Shown here in pieces: positions 18,286-28,637 of a stretch of DNA of 64,000 nt; position 1 is the stretch's first letter, and each line of letters begins with the position of its first letter. Below the pieces are notes generated by a model, which saw nothing but the letters and a program-made list of their open reading frames with translations, made no database searches and was not told the DNA's origin. Source of the DNA: Flavobacteriaceae bacterium (lineage in GTDB: Bacteria; Bacteroidota; Bacteroidia; Flavobacteriales; Flavobacteriaceae); NCBI GenBank assembly GCA_947453885.1, contig CANGIF010000011.1:10012-74011 (forward strand), read 5' to 3'. A program made the position numbers and the translations under genes.

Positions 18286-19569
18286 TTACATATTAAACAA
18301 CCAAAGTGCAGGATTAATATAACTGGTATTTTGTAAAATATTAAATTTCATTACCGTTTTGCCGGTATCTCCACTAGTTCTAATTTGACCAATGCTTTGT
18401 TTAATACTCACTTTGTCGCCTTCACGCACATACACTTTGCCAAGATTTTGATAGACAGTGAAAAAGTCTCCATGTTTGATGATTACTGCTTTTTTTACTG
18501 GAGAAACTACCTGAACTTGTGTTACTTCTCCTGCAAAAACAGCTCTTGCATTAGCGCCTTGATCAGTAGTGATTTCTACGCCACTATTATGTACCATTAG
18601 TGAACTAATTAATGGATGAGGTTGGTCACCGAATTTTTGAGAAACAAAACCTTTTTCAACAGGCCAAGGCAATTTACCTTTATTTGCTTTAAAATTATCT
18701 GATTCAATTTTACCCTCGGCTGTCAAGACTATTTTTGTTGTGGATTCAGTTGCTTTTGTTTCAGCAGCAGTTACGACTTTTCTAGGATTCGCTTTTGCGC
18801 TAGCTGCCGCTGCTTTTTTATTAGCAATAGCAATAGCTTCTCGAATTAATTTGTCTATTTCTCTTTCAATAGCTTTGGTTTCTTGTTGCTGTTTTTTAAT
18901 CTCGCCCGCTATTTTTTTCTTGTCTTTTTTAATTGAATTTATCAGCTTTTCTTGTTCTTGTTTTTCTTGTTCAAGAGTTAGTTTTTCTGTTTCATTTTCC
19001 TTAATCAATTTATGTTTTTCTTCTTTTTGATTGCTCAATTTTTGGTTGTAAGCATCTAATTCGGATGCTTTTGCAATAATTTCATCCCCTTGCATTTTTC
19101 TGTAGGAAGAATATTGCTTCATATATTGCAATCTTTTGTAAGCTTGAAGAAAATTTTTAGACGACAACAAAAACATAGCTCTGCTTTGTTCCGATCTGCT
19201 TTTGTATGATTTCAAAATCATTTCAGCATAATCTGCTTTGAGTTTGTCTAATTCTCGGTTCAACTCATTTATTTTAATTTGATTTTTGTAAATATCATTA
19301 CCAAGAAGCTTTGTTTGATTTTCAGTTGTGTTTATTAAATTTTCTTTCAACCGAATTTTCTGATCTTTTATCCCAATGACATTTAAAACCGATTTTTCTT
19401 GGGTTTTAACGTTTTGTAATAACTTTTCATTTTCTTTAATTTGTGCTTGAATTTGTGCTTTTCGTTCTTCAAGTTTTTGTTGCTCACCAATTTGACCCCA
19501 ACAAATAGAAGTAAATCCAATTAAAAATAAACAGGTAATGTATTTAGACATGAAAGCTCTTTTTATCAA
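18286..19569 (-). CDS. EnvC-like murein hydrolase activator (coiled coil plus degenerate LytM/M23 domain)
   Basis: 427 aa. It has a signal peptide and a long K/E/Q-rich coiled coil. The C-terminal M23-like fold carries HNSGVE instead of HxxxD and has no HxH motif. Confidence 0.75.
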   Translation of the reverse strand: MIKRAFMSKYITCLFLIGFTSICWGQIGEQQKLEERKAQIQAQIKENEKLLQNVKTQEKSVLNVIGIKDQKIRLKENLINTTENQTKLLGNDIYKNQIKINELNRELDKLKADYAEMILKSYKSRSEQSRAMFLLSSKNFLQAYKRLQYMKQYSSYRKMQGDEIIAKASELDAYNQKLSNQKEEKHKLIKENETEKLTLEQEKQEQEKLINSIKKDKKKIAGEIKKQQQETKAIEREIDKLIREAIAIANKKAAAASAKANPRKVVTAAETKATESTTKIVLTAEGKIESDNFKANKGKLPWPVEKGFVSQKFGDQPHPLISSLMVHNSGVEITTDQGANARAVFAGEVTQVQVVSPVKKAVIIKHGDFFTVYQNLGKVYVREGDKVSIKQSIGQIRTSGDTGKTVMKFNILQNTSYINPALWLFNM

Positions 19570-19571
19570 AT

Positions 19572-20342
19572 TTAATTTATAATTATTTGTTCGTAACCAT
19601 CAGGTACATTGTATGGAAATGTCAATTCTTCATTAAAAGTAACCGTGTTGTAAGCAATTTCTATTGAAGTTGTACTTTGTTCGTGTTTTGCTTCAATTTC
19701 AATGGAAGTTGGCAAATTTGTTTCGGAATATTCTTTAAAAGCAGGATAAACAACTTGAAATTGGCGTTGTTGCTCTAATTGCATAACGATTTCTTTAAAT
19801 AGAAATAAGGAATCTGATTTTAAATAAAACAATTTGTTGCTTTTATTTTCCTCTTCTTTTTGAAATTTAATAGTATTGTCTTCAGTTGACTGAACAAATG
19901 TTCCGGTTTTCAAATCTTCAAATGTTTCGCCTAAAAACAAATTTTGAACTTTGGTAAAATCTAAATCTGTTCCGAGCCATTGGCTTAAAATTGAATAGTT
20001 TCCTTCAAAATATTTGCTATTTAATTTTTCATAATACCGAACTTTATCTGGAGTTATAAACGCCTTCGCCATTGTTATTCCTAAAAAGCGAATACTAACT
20101 AGAATACTTTCTCCTTTTTTAATTCTAATTTCAGCCGACACATTTTGGGTTTGATTATCGTCTTTATATCTAGCATTTGCTTTGATAAGCACTGTAGAGT
20201 AGGTGTTCTTTAATCCATAATGATTTTCAATAACGGATAAGGATCCAACAGATGGTTCTACATTTGTTTGCGACCAAGCTTTTGGCAGTGAAAGACATCC
20301 AAAAAATGCGTAAAGTGATATTAAAAAGAAATGCTTTTTCAT
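19572..20342 (-). CDS. DUF4292-like outer-membrane lipoprotein
   Basis: 256 aa with a signal peptide (FFGC lipobox). It overlaps the upstream TPR gene stop by 4 nt, which suggests an operon. The family call is from memory of conserved Bacteroidota synteny. Confidence 0.55.
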   Translation of the reverse strand: MKKHFFLISLYAFFGCLSLPKAWSQTNVEPSVGSLSVIENHYGLKNTYSTVLIKANARYKDDNQTQNVSAEIRIKKGESILVSIRFLGITMAKAFITPDKVRYYEKLNSKYFEGNYSILSQWLGTDLDFTKVQNLFLGETFEDLKTGTFVQSTEDNTIKFQKEEENKSNKLFYLKSDSLFLFKEIVMQLEQQRQFQVVYPAFKEYSETNLPTSIEIEAKHEQSTTSIEIAYNTVTFNEELTFPYNVPDGYEQIIIN

Positions 20343-21691
20343 TTTTTTTGTTGCTGTATTAATTTTTCTGCTTTTAAAAAATAGAGTTCTTTCTTTTTTA
20401 AATCACCTAATCCAAAATAGGCTTCTCCTAGTTGAACATTGAAATTAATTTCCAAAGCATTGTTATTAATAACAAAATCTATGCCTGATTCTAATTTGTC
20501 TTTTGCTTTCTTGAAATTTTTCAACTGATTGTTGGCTAAACCAGCATAATAATACAATTCTGGTTGTGATGGAAATACATCTATCATTTGTTCCGCTTTA
20601 GAAGCTAAAACGTCAAACTTGCCTTTTTCTGTATAACAATGCAACAATAAAAGTAATGTTTCTAAATCGTCATTGGAATTATCTTTAAAGTAGAGCTCAT
20701 AGTATTGAATTGCTTTATCAAAATCATTTTGGTTTTGATAAAATTTAGCCACTTCTTTTGCAACGTTTATTTTTGGATCGTTTTTAAAATAGGTAATTGC
20801 ATTTTCCAAATCGGAATTGTATTTAGGATTGTTTTTTACAAATATTAAAAACTCGTTTAACATGCGGTGTTTCACTTTGTCATCAATTTTTTTACTGCCA
20901 AAAACAATATTCATGGATTTTACTGCTTGCTCTCCATTTTTTTGGTTTAAATGAAATTTAAACAAACTTACTTGTGCCCATTCAGAATTTGGAATTTCAA
21001 CTTCTAATTTGTGCGCAATTTCTAGTGCTTTTTCATCCTGATTACTTTCTGAATACAGAAAAATCAAATCCAAATAATTGGCTTCAACTTTAGGATATTT
21101 CTTAATTTGACTCAACAAATTCATTTTCTCGGCACTTTGATATTTGGCATCTTGTAGAATTTCGGCTTTGTATAAGTCTCTCTTTTCTGTTTTTCCAAAC
21201 GTATCATTCAACTCGTTTATAAGTTCAAAAGCCTTGTCAAATTGTTTGGTATTCATGAATAAAGAAACCAAATCTTCTTTGTAATCTACTTTAAATTCAA
21301 CTAGCTTTTCAACAATTGGGATGGCTTTGTTGTAATTTTTAGACTCATAACACGCATCGTACATACCAACCCAATACCATCTGTTTTTTGAATCAATTTG
21401 CGTTGCTTTTTCAAAAGCAGTATACGCTTGGTCGTATTTTTTTTGAGCTAATAAATTTTTGCCCATTTCAAAATGCAAAACCGCATTTTCGGGTTGCGTT
21501 TTCAAACATTTTTCTATTTCCAAAATTGCTTTGTCATAATTCTCTATTGCTTTTTGTTTTAACGATTCAAAGTAAGCGTTTTGAAAATCGTCTTTCACAG
21601 CCGTAGCTTCAGCAGGTTCTGCTTGCGCAAAAACCTTTGGAGAAAAAGTGAGTGGCAGCAATAAAAAAAATAGAAAAATAAGTTGTTTCAT
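20339..21691 (-). CDS. Tetratricopeptide-repeat protein (secreted)
   Basis: 450 aa with a signal peptide and many TPR-like units (...YDKA/YNKA/FDKA...). Confidence 0.8.
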   Translation of the reverse strand: MKQLIFLFFLLLPLTFSPKVFAQAEPAEATAVKDDFQNAYFESLKQKAIENYDKAILEIEKCLKTQPENAVLHFEMGKNLLAQKKYDQAYTAFEKATQIDSKNRWYWVGMYDACYESKNYNKAIPIVEKLVEFKVDYKEDLVSLFMNTKQFDKAFELINELNDTFGKTEKRDLYKAEILQDAKYQSAEKMNLLSQIKKYPKVEANYLDLIFLYSESNQDEKALEIAHKLEVEIPNSEWAQVSLFKFHLNQKNGEQAVKSMNIVFGSKKIDDKVKHRMLNEFLIFVKNNPKYNSDLENAITYFKNDPKINVAKEVAKFYQNQNDFDKAIQYYELYFKDNSNDDLETLLLLLHCYTEKGKFDVLASKAEQMIDVFPSQPELYYYAGLANNQLKNFKKAKDKLESGIDFVINNNALEINFNVQLGEAYFGLGDLKKKELYFLKAEKLIQQQKK

Positions 21692-21702
21692 TTGAAAAGT
21701 TG

Positions 21703-22713
21703 TTATTCTAAAACGGAATAATCTCCAATACTAATACTTGTAAAATTACCATCAAAACTAGCATGACTACCAATCATTGCGTTGTCTAATGTTGCATTTT
21801 TTATGTGCGAATGATTTTGAACCAAACTATTTTTTAGTGTACTATTTTGCACATGACAACCATCGCCCAAAGACACATTTGGACCAACAGTAGCATTAAT
21901 CAATACTACATTTTTACCAATATAACATGGCGGAACAATAGTTGCGTTATCTAATTTTACATCAAAATCTACCAAATGTTCTCCATCGTTATGCAAAAAT
22001 CCTAACATTCTAGAATTGGTTTCAACGGTAACATCTTTATTACCACAATCCATCCATTCATCAACTTCGCCAGGAACAAATTTCATACCTTTTGCCATCA
22101 TTTGCTTGATGCCGTCATTAATTTGGTATTCGCCACCATGAATAATGTTGTTATCTAAAACATATTGTAACTCGTTTTTCAAAACCGCTACATCTTTAAA
22201 ATAATAAATACCAATTACGGCAAGGTCAGACACAAATTCCTTTGGTTTTTCAACCAATTCCACTATCTCATTAGCTTCATTAAGATTGATAACACCAAAA
22301 GCTTCGGGTTTATCCACTTGTTTTACCCAAATTACGCTATCTGCGGTTACGTCCAAATCAAAATCAGCACGAATTAAAGTATCTGCATACGCAATAACGG
22401 CTGGTCCGTTTAATGAATCTTTGGCACACATAATAGCATGACCTGTTCCAAGCGCTTCGTTTTGATAATAAATAGTGCCTTTTGCACCCAATTTTTGAGC
22501 AATAGCAATGAGTTCTTCCTCAACTTTTTTGCCAAAACTCTCGTGAATAATAAAAGCTATTTCATTAATTTCTTGATTTAAAACACCAGCAATATCTTCA
22601 ACTAATCGATGAACGATTGGTTTTCCAGCTACAGGAATTAATGGTTTTGGAACTGTTAACGTATGTGGTCTTAATCGGGAACCACGGCCTGCCATTGGTA
22701 CAATTATTTTCAT
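21703..22713 (-). CDS. Sugar-phosphate nucleotidyltransferase with C-terminal left-handed beta-helix
   Basis: MAGRGSRLRPHTLTVPKPL is the G-x-G-x-R nucleotidyltransferase signature. The C-terminal region has hexapeptide-like repeats. Confidence 0.8.
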   Translation of the reverse strand: MKIIVPMAGRGSRLRPHTLTVPKPLIPVAGKPIVHRLVEDIAGVLNQEINEIAFIIHESFGKKVEEELIAIAQKLGAKGTIYYQNEALGTGHAIMCAKDSLNGPAVIAYADTLIRADFDLDVTADSVIWVKQVDKPEAFGVINLNEANEIVELVEKPKEFVSDLAVIGIYYFKDVAVLKNELQYVLDNNIIHGGEYQINDGIKQMMAKGMKFVPGEVDEWMDCGNKDVTVETNSRMLGFLHNDGEHLVDFDVKLDNATIVPPCYIGKNVVLINATVGPNVSLGDGCHVQNSTLKNSLVQNHSHIKNATLDNAMIGSHASFDGNFTSISIGDYSVLE

Positions 22714-22759
22714 AGTATGAGAAATTTATTGATTTATAAAGCTACAAAAGTAGCGTTTT

Positions 22760-23098
22760 TTATCCTTTTTTGACAATGATTTCTTTAAGCAAGTCGTTCT
22801 CCCATTTTAGTTTTTGGTTTTCGTCTTGCAACTGTTTTATCAAATCATCTTTAGCACTTGTTAATTTCGAATTGTGCTCAAAATCAGCAGGCAAAGTGTT
22901 GGCAATATCCAAAAAAAGATTGTATTTCATAGCGTGACAAAGCCGATACAAAATGGAATACTGCAACGACGGACGACTTTCGTAACCATAAAATGCAGAA
23001 TATTGCACGCCCATTGACGAAGTAATCTCACTTCGTTTTAGTTTTTTAAATTCTATTATTTGGGTCAAGTATTTACCAATGTGAAATCCTTCGTTCAT
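22760..23098 (-). CDS. Small putative HTH DNA-binding protein with C-terminal leucine-zipper-like helix
   Basis: 112 aa. The N-terminal segment is arranged like an XRE-type HTH (LKRSEITSSMGVQYSAFYGYE). The C-terminus LIKQLQDENQKLKWENDLLKEII is a heptad-like coiled coil. No strong motif. Confidence 0.45.
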   Translation of the reverse strand: MNEGFHIGKYLTQIIEFKKLKRSEITSSMGVQYSAFYGYESRPSLQYSILYRLCHAMKYNLFLDIANTLPADFEHNSKLTSAKDDLIKQLQDENQKLKWENDLLKEIIVKKG

Positions 23099-23152
23099 AT
23101 TATTTTTGATTTAAAAGGGATTGATTTTATAGCAACTACACCAATAGTCTTT

Positions 23153-23160
23153 CAAAAATA
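23153..23160 (-). promoter_or_regulatory. Candidate proximal -7 promoter box (TATTTTTG on the minus strand) for the HTH gene
   Basis: The reverse complement of caaaaata matches TAnnTTTG, about 55 nt upstream of the ATG at 23098. Confidence 0.4.
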
Positions 23161-23209
23161 TATAAATTTTGGCTAACTTTTCTGTTTTTGTGTAAAAAAA
23201 TTATGTTTT

Positions 23210-23404
23210 GATGTAAATATATTTTGTATTTACCATGAAGCATTCAGGAGGGGTGCAAATATATCTTGTATTTACCTTGAATCATTCTGTAGGGAAGCAA
23301 ATCTAATTGTCATCTGACAAGAAACATTCTGTAGGGATGCAAATCTAACTATCATCTGATATGAAACATTCTGTAGGGGAGTAAATATAACTATCGGATA
23401 AGGA
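23210..23404. repeat. Imperfect 42-bp tandem repeat array, four full units plus a partial one
   Basis: The units start at 23237, 23279, 23321 and 23363, with a partial unit at about 23210-23236. The shared core is GAAnCATTCnGnAGGGnnGCAAATnTAA. Confidence 0.85.
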
Positions 23405-23486
23405 AATTAATCAATTCTGAAAACAATATTCGTTACACGAGAGCTTTGCTCGAACTGGCGAAGCAATCTGAAATCAAAAATTTTTT

Positions 23487-23921
23487 CTACTTCACTCCTG
23501 TGCTTCCAAAACCACCTTCGCCTCTTAAAGTTTCAGATAATTCAGTTACAACTTGCCATTCTGCACGTTCGTGTTTGGCGATGATGAGTTGAGCAATGCG
23601 TTCGCCGTTTTCAATCACAAAATCTTCCTTGGATAAATTGACTAAAATAACTCCTATTTCGCCTCTATAATCGGCGTCAATCGTGCCTGGAGAATTCAAA
23701 ACGGTGATGCCTTTTTTGGCTGCCAAACCACTTCTTGGTCGCACTTGTGCTTCAAAACCGATGGGCAATTCAATAAAAAGACCTGTTTTTACAATTGTTC
23801 TTTCTAGTGGTTGTAAAGTAATGGGTGCTTCAATATGTGCTCTAACATCCATTCCTGCCGAAGCAATGGTTTCGTAAGATGGTAATTCGTGGTTGGATGT
23901 ATTTTTTATTTTAACAATCAT
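23487..23921 (-). CDS. dut: dUTP diphosphatase
   Basis: 144 aa with the canonical dUTPase motifs ([33 protein letters not shown]). Confidence 0.95.
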   Translation of the reverse strand: MIVKIKNTSNHELPSYETIASAGMDVRAHIEAPITLQPLERTIVKTGLFIELPIGFEAQVRPRSGLAAKKGITVLNSPGTIDADYRGEIGVILVNLSKEDFVIENGERIAQLIIAKHERAEWQVVTELSETLRGEGGFGSTGVK

Positions 23922-23925
23922 GAGT

Positions 23926-25395
23926 CTAGTTTATCTTTTTTCGTTTAACAAATGATAATAGCACTTTTTTTTCATTGAAGTATGTAAACAACAATAAAAC
24001 TACAATTAAAGTTACACCCACAAAATAATTTTCTCTAAAAAAGTAAAAAGATACTATAGAAAAACTGGTTGATAGTCCCAAGTAGGCGGCAATTTTATTG
24101 ATTTCGTAAGGAATGGGATAATACTTGTTTCCTAAGTAATAGGACACAAACATCATGGAGCCATAAGCACCAATTGTTGCTATAGCAGAACCATAATAGC
24201 CAATTAAAGGAATGAGCCAAAAATTCAAACCCAACGTCACAACTGCTCCTAAAATTGAAATATAAGCACCAATATAAGTTTTATCAATTAGTTTGTACCA
24301 AACCGATAAATTGGTGTAAATTCCCAAGAAGAAATTAGCAAGAATTATTAAAGGCACCACCTTCATGGCTTCCCAATAGCTTGTATTTGGTATCATAATT
24401 TGCTTAAATAAATCCGCAAAAACAATTACAACCAAGAGTAAAAAAGAACCAAAAATCACAAAATACTTTGTTATTGTAGCATACGTTTGTTGTGCATTTT
24501 CATTTGAAGCATGACTAAAGAAAAAGGGCTCAATACCTAGTGTATAGGCAGTTCTGTACAAAACCATGAATAAACCTAGTTTGTAACAAGCTGCATAAAC
24601 CCCAACTTCAGCATCTGCAATAGATTTTGGCAGTAATTTGGCTAGTAAAATTTTATCAAATTGTTCGTTAATTGCAAATGCAATACCAGCAACTAAAACT
24701 GGTAATCCATAGTGCATCATGCGTTTCCATAATTGATAATCAAAGTGCCAATTGACTTTAAAATAATCGGGAGAAAGCGCTACTAAAGTCAACAAACTTG
24801 CCAGCACATTGGAAATAAAAATATAACCAATTTGATAGTTTTCAATGTACAAAGTACTCCAAAAACTATCGGAATTTGCAGCACTTATTTTGGGTAAAAC
24901 CAGTAAGAAAAATAAATTTAAAACCAGATTTACCACCACGTTTCCAATTTTTATCAAAGCATAATTGAGCGGAAGCTGATTGGCACGCAGTTTGGAAAAC
25001 GGAATAATTACAAAAGCATCAAGTGCTAAAATCCAAATAGAATAGGTAATAAACTGAACGTCAACTCCAGACCATTCGCTTAATTGGTATCTAAAAAGTA
25101 AGGCTAACGTTAAAAAAAGTAATGTTGTCCAAAAAATAGTAATCATAGAAGTTTCAATTACATTTTTCTTGTCGGTTTCTTTGTTATAAAACCTAAAAAA
25201 TGCTGTTTCCATTCCATAAGCCAACAGCACATTAAAGAAAATCATGTAGGCAAAAACTACGGTTACTTGTCCATAATCTGCTTTAGGTAGTAGTTTGGTG
25301 TACAACGGAATTAACAAAAAACTGAACATTCTGGGCAGTACCGTAGCAAGTCCATAAATAGCGGTTTGTTTGAATAGATTTTTGAAAAGTCCCAA
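23926..25395 (-). CDS. MOP-superfamily polysaccharide/oligosaccharide flippase (Wzx-like)
   Basis: 489 aa polytopic membrane protein (about 12-14 TM helices) with the typical N-terminus (...[25 protein letters not shown]). Confidence 0.8.
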   Translation of the reverse strand: MGLFKNLFKQTAIYGLATVLPRMFSFLLIPLYTKLLPKADYGQVTVVFAYMIFFNVLLAYGMETAFFRFYNKETDKKNVIETSMITIFWTTLLFLTLALLFRYQLSEWSGVDVQFITYSIWILALDAFVIIPFSKLRANQLPLNYALIKIGNVVVNLVLNLFFLLVLPKISAANSDSFWSTLYIENYQIGYIFISNVLASLLTLVALSPDYFKVNWHFDYQLWKRMMHYGLPVLVAGIAFAINEQFDKILLAKLLPKSIADAEVGVYAACYKLGLFMVLYRTAYTLGIEPFFFSHASNENAQQTYATITKYFVIFGSFLLLVVIVFADLFKQIMIPNTSYWEAMKVVPLIILANFFLGIYTNLSVWYKLIDKTYIGAYISILGAVVTLGLNFWLIPLIGYYGSAIATIGAYGSMMFVSYYLGNKYYPIPYEINKIAAYLGLSTSFSIVSFYFFRENYFVGVTLIVVLLLFTYFNEKKVLLSFVKRKKIN

Positions 25396-25495
25396 AGTGT
25401 GGTGTTTTTATACAATGGAACAAAAATAACTATTTCTTTGGTTTTACCATTATTTGTTCAACATTAAATCAGCGGTTAAGCGTCATTTTAAAAAA

Positions 25496-26368
25496 CTAAG
25501 GCACTCTATTTCCCCTGCTTTCGGTCCAAATAGCAAACCAATCTTCTTGTTCCAAAACCAAACGTGTTGCTTTTGTTAAAGCTTGAATTCTAGCTATGTT
25601 TACAGTGCCAGCAACCGGAATAATTTTAGCAGGATGTTGTAAAATCCAAGCCAGTAGCAACGTGTCTGATCCAAAATGGTATTTAGAAACCAACGTAGCC
25701 AATAATTTTTTCATGCGTCTGGTTTGTTCCGTATCTTCTCTAAAAACGGTGCCTAACGGATTCCAAGACATGGGTTGAATGTTGTTTAGTTGCATATAAT
25801 CCAAACTTCCGTCGAGCATTGCTTCATGTTGCGTTGCCGAAAATTGAATTTGATTGTAGCTAATCGGCGATTGTTTACCAATCAATTCCATTTGCGAAAC
25901 GGTAAAATTGGAAACGCCAAAATCGATAATTTTACCCGAAGTTTTTAAATGCAACACTGCTTCAGCAATTTCGTCTGCTTGCATTAATGGACTTGGACGA
26001 TGCAACAAAAAAACATCCAAAAAATCAGTTTGCAGGTTTTGCAAAGAATTTTCAACCGATTGTACAATGTACTTTTTGGAATAATCGTAGTGTTTAATGG
26101 TGTTGTTTCGGTTTTCAGTAACCAGTTGAATCCCACATTTTGAAATTAGTTGAATTTTCTCACGGGCAATTCCTGTTGCTGAAAAAGCTTTTCCAAAGGC
26201 AGCTTCGGTAGTGTAACCGCCGTATATATCTGCATGATCAAAAGTAGAAATTTGGTTTTCGATACAAACTTGAATTGTATTTCCCATTTCTTTGGTGGAT
26301 AAATTTTTATCCCAAATTCCCCAATTCATTGTTCCAGCAATAACGGGCGATAAAACAGTTTTTTTCAT
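25496..26368 (-). CDS. Aldo/keto reductase family oxidoreductase
   Basis: 290 aa. FDHADIYGGY (catalytic Asp/Tyr context), LLHRP and GVSNF are AKR signatures. Confidence 0.88.
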   Translation of the reverse strand: MKKTVLSPVIAGTMNWGIWDKNLSTKEMGNTIQVCIENQISTFDHADIYGGYTTEAAFGKAFSATGIAREKIQLISKCGIQLVTENRNNTIKHYDYSKKYIVQSVENSLQNLQTDFLDVFLLHRPSPLMQADEIAEAVLHLKTSGKIIDFGVSNFTVSQMELIGKQSPISYNQIQFSATQHEAMLDGSLDYMQLNNIQPMSWNPLGTVFREDTEQTRRMKKLLATLVSKYHFGSDTLLLAWILQHPAKIIPVAGTVNIARIQALTKATRLVLEQEDWFAIWTESRGNRVP

Positions 26369-26552
26369 GTAATTGAATTATAAAATGATAGTAATTTAAA
26401 GATAAGACAACAAAATTAAAGATTAATGCGCACCAAGAGCGGAAAAAGATTAAAAAAATAGAAAGAACTTTTAAATAATGGGGTTGTTTATTTCTTTTGA
26501 AAGTTAAGTGCTTTTTGGAGTGGTTGTTTAATTGTCAACCATGTAGGCAGCT

Positions 26553-27212
26553 TCATTTTACTAATTCGGCAAAATATTTTTCAATTTTGGCTCTTAATTC
26601 GCGTATTATTTTTTCTGAATTTTTAATATTTTCATTTTCGTTTAAAGAGTTCATTCTAAATTTTATTGCTTCATCTTCCTCTTCTTCATTTACATATATT
26701 ATTTGCTCGTCAATACTTTGATTTACTTCTTCTAAATCACTTAAACTTTGTAATTCTTCGTTAAGTCTGACCGATATTTTTTGAAAATTGTTTTCAAAAA
26801 TTTTTACTATTTCCAAAAGTTCTAAAGGCAATAATATTCTTTCACGGTGAAATGTATCAATGACAATTTCAAATTCAGCGTGCCATTCATTTATTTTTCT
26901 TTTTAAAATGCTATGGCCTGTTGATTTTGGCGAAAACAAGCGATGGTTTTTATAATGGAAAGTAACAATTCGATCATATATTATTTTCAAAGCATCAATT
27001 TGCATATTATGAAATCTTGAGAATTTTATTTCTGATTTTTTCAAATCCGCTTTCAATTTTTCGATTTTTTTTGATACAAATATTGCTTGCCAAATTTGAT
27101 AACTAGACATCAAAATTATTATTGCAAATAATGCATATTGATGATATTCCTTGTATTCCGAAAAATACTTTTCCAATAATTTCTCTGTTGATATTTGTAA
27201 TTGAATGTTCAT
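26553..27212 (-). CDS. Orphan hypothetical protein, single N-terminal TM helix plus coiled-coil/acidic tail
   Basis: 219 aa with one hydrophobic helix (YALFAIIILMSSYQIWQAIFV). The rest is K/E-rich helical with an acidic stretch (NEEEEDE). It starts 36 nt after the upstream lipoprotein gene on the same strand. No recognisable family. Confidence 0.55.
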   Translation of the reverse strand: MNIQLQISTEKLLEKYFSEYKEYHQYALFAIIILMSSYQIWQAIFVSKKIEKLKADLKKSEIKFSRFHNMQIDALKIIYDRIVTFHYKNHRLFSPKSTGHSILKRKINEWHAEFEIVIDTFHRERILLPLELLEIVKIFENNFQKISVRLNEELQSLSDLEEVNQSIDEQIIYVNEEEEDEAIKFRMNSLNENENIKNSEKIIRELRAKIEKYFAELVK

Positions 27213-27248
27213 GTGTGTTATAATGACTCCTGTTACCAGCCGTTTTTT

Positions 27249-28637
27249 CTATTTATTAAAATCATTTTCTGAAATATTTTGCGAATTAAATGAATTTGAA
27301 ATGCCACTTGAAACAACATCAAGACTTAATTTGTAACTTGGAATGCTTCGACCATTACTATTACGCTGAATATTAAAATCCAAAATATCTTCTCCTTTTT
27401 CATACAATGGATTTTTTACAAATTTTCCAATACATTTCCCATTTTCAATTTTAGATAGCCAATCTTTCCCATAAGCAATTTTAAGATAATATTTTCCTTC
27501 AGGAATATTGTCTATTTTATATGTTGTGCCACTATTTATGAAAACGTATCGAATACATTTTTCTGTTTCCAAATTCATAACTTTTATTGAAACGTCAGTT
27601 CCTCCACCAACAATAACTTCTAAATGATTTTTTACTTTACCTTTAGCAGGTTTGAAATTATAACAAGTTGAAAGTTGCCCATTTTGTATTTCTTCGTCTT
27701 TCCAGCCTTCCGAAAGTAGCTTGTCTTTTTCTTGTTTATATTTACTCTCTTTTTCTTGTTTTAATTTTTGTTGATTAATAAATGAATTGTTTGAATTTCC
27801 ATTTTTTGGTTTCTCAACAGTTTCGGTTTTTGTTTTGTTATCAATGTTACCATTCCATATATCTGTAATGTTTTCACTTAATATTTTGCTTCCAAATCCT
27901 AATATTTCTTTTTCTTTTAAAGATGTTGATGTAAATATTCCAAATTCTTTAGCAGTTCCTGTATAAAATTTATTCGGATATGCTAAATATAAAGTTTCTT
28001 GAGTTTTACCTAAATTATTGTAACCGATTGTGTTTTTTGCAGTAATATAATACTCAATTGTAACATTTTTTGGAATATGAATTTTAAGTATTTTTGTTTC
28101 GTCTGCCGCAGATAAATCCATAACAAAATCACTTTCTTTACCTGTTCTCGCAAAATTAATAACATCACTAAAATCTAATTGCAATGTTTCATTTATATTC
28201 CAAATTTTATTGTTTTCTAGTAAAGCATAAGGTTTTATGTAATTAAAAACTTTTTCATTTTCAAAAGTATATTTTATTAAAATAGTTAGGTTACTATTTT
28301 CTATAATTTGATTTGAATTGTTTTTAAGTCTTATTTTAGATTGTATTCCTTTTAGTTTTTCTTCAAAAAACTTTTTTTTTACAGAATTTTCTATCTCATT
28401 ATCTTCAAAATCTTCTGAATTATATTTATATCTACGAGTCATACTTTCAAAATAGTATGGGAAATTACTTTTAAAAAAGACATCAATTGCATTCGTAAAA
28501 ATTTCTAATTTTGATATTTCATCATTTTTTATAAGCGTATTTTCATTAGATATTATTTCAAACTCGTTTTCTTGACAAGATGTGAAGAATGAAAAAACTA
28601 TAAAAATACAGAAATAAAAATAAGCATTATTTTTCAT
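27249..28637 (-). CDS. Orphan hypothetical lipoprotein (462 aa), two domains joined by a K/Q/N-rich linker
   Basis: Signal peptide with lipobox (FFTSC). The N-terminal domain is ~250 aa, followed by a low-complexity linker (KTKTETVEKPKNGNSNN...QEKESKYKQEKDK). The C-terminal domain is ~150 aa and beta-rich, and contains 3 Cys. No recognisable family. Confidence 0.6.
   Translation of the reverse strand: MKNNAYFYFCIFIVFSFFTSCQENEFEIISNENTLIKNDEISKLEIFTNAIDVFFKSNFPYYFESMTRRYKYNSEDFEDNEIENSVKKKFFEEKLKGIQSKIRLKNNSNQIIENSNLTILIKYTFENEKVFNYIKPYALLENNKIWNINETLQLDFSDVINFARTGKESDFVMDLSAADETKILKIHIPKNVTIEYYITAKNTIGYNNLGKTQETLYLAYPNKFYTGTAKEFGIFTSTSLKEKEILGFGSKILSENITDIWNGNIDNKTKTETVEKPKNGNSNNSFINQQKLKQEKESKYKQEKDKLLSEGWKDEEIQNGQLSTCYNFKPAKGKVKNHLEVIVGGGTDVSIKVMNLETEKCIRYVFINSGTTYKIDNIPEGKYYLKIAYGKDWLSKIENGKCIGKFVKNPLYEKGEDILDFNIQRNSNGRSIPSYKLSLDVVSSGISNSFNSQNISENDFNK

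Noticed and set aside
23210-23404. Possible CRISPR array
   Set aside because: The 42-bp units are directly abutting imperfect copies of one another with no unique spacers between them, and no cas genes are nearby. This is a tandem repeat, not a repeat-spacer array.
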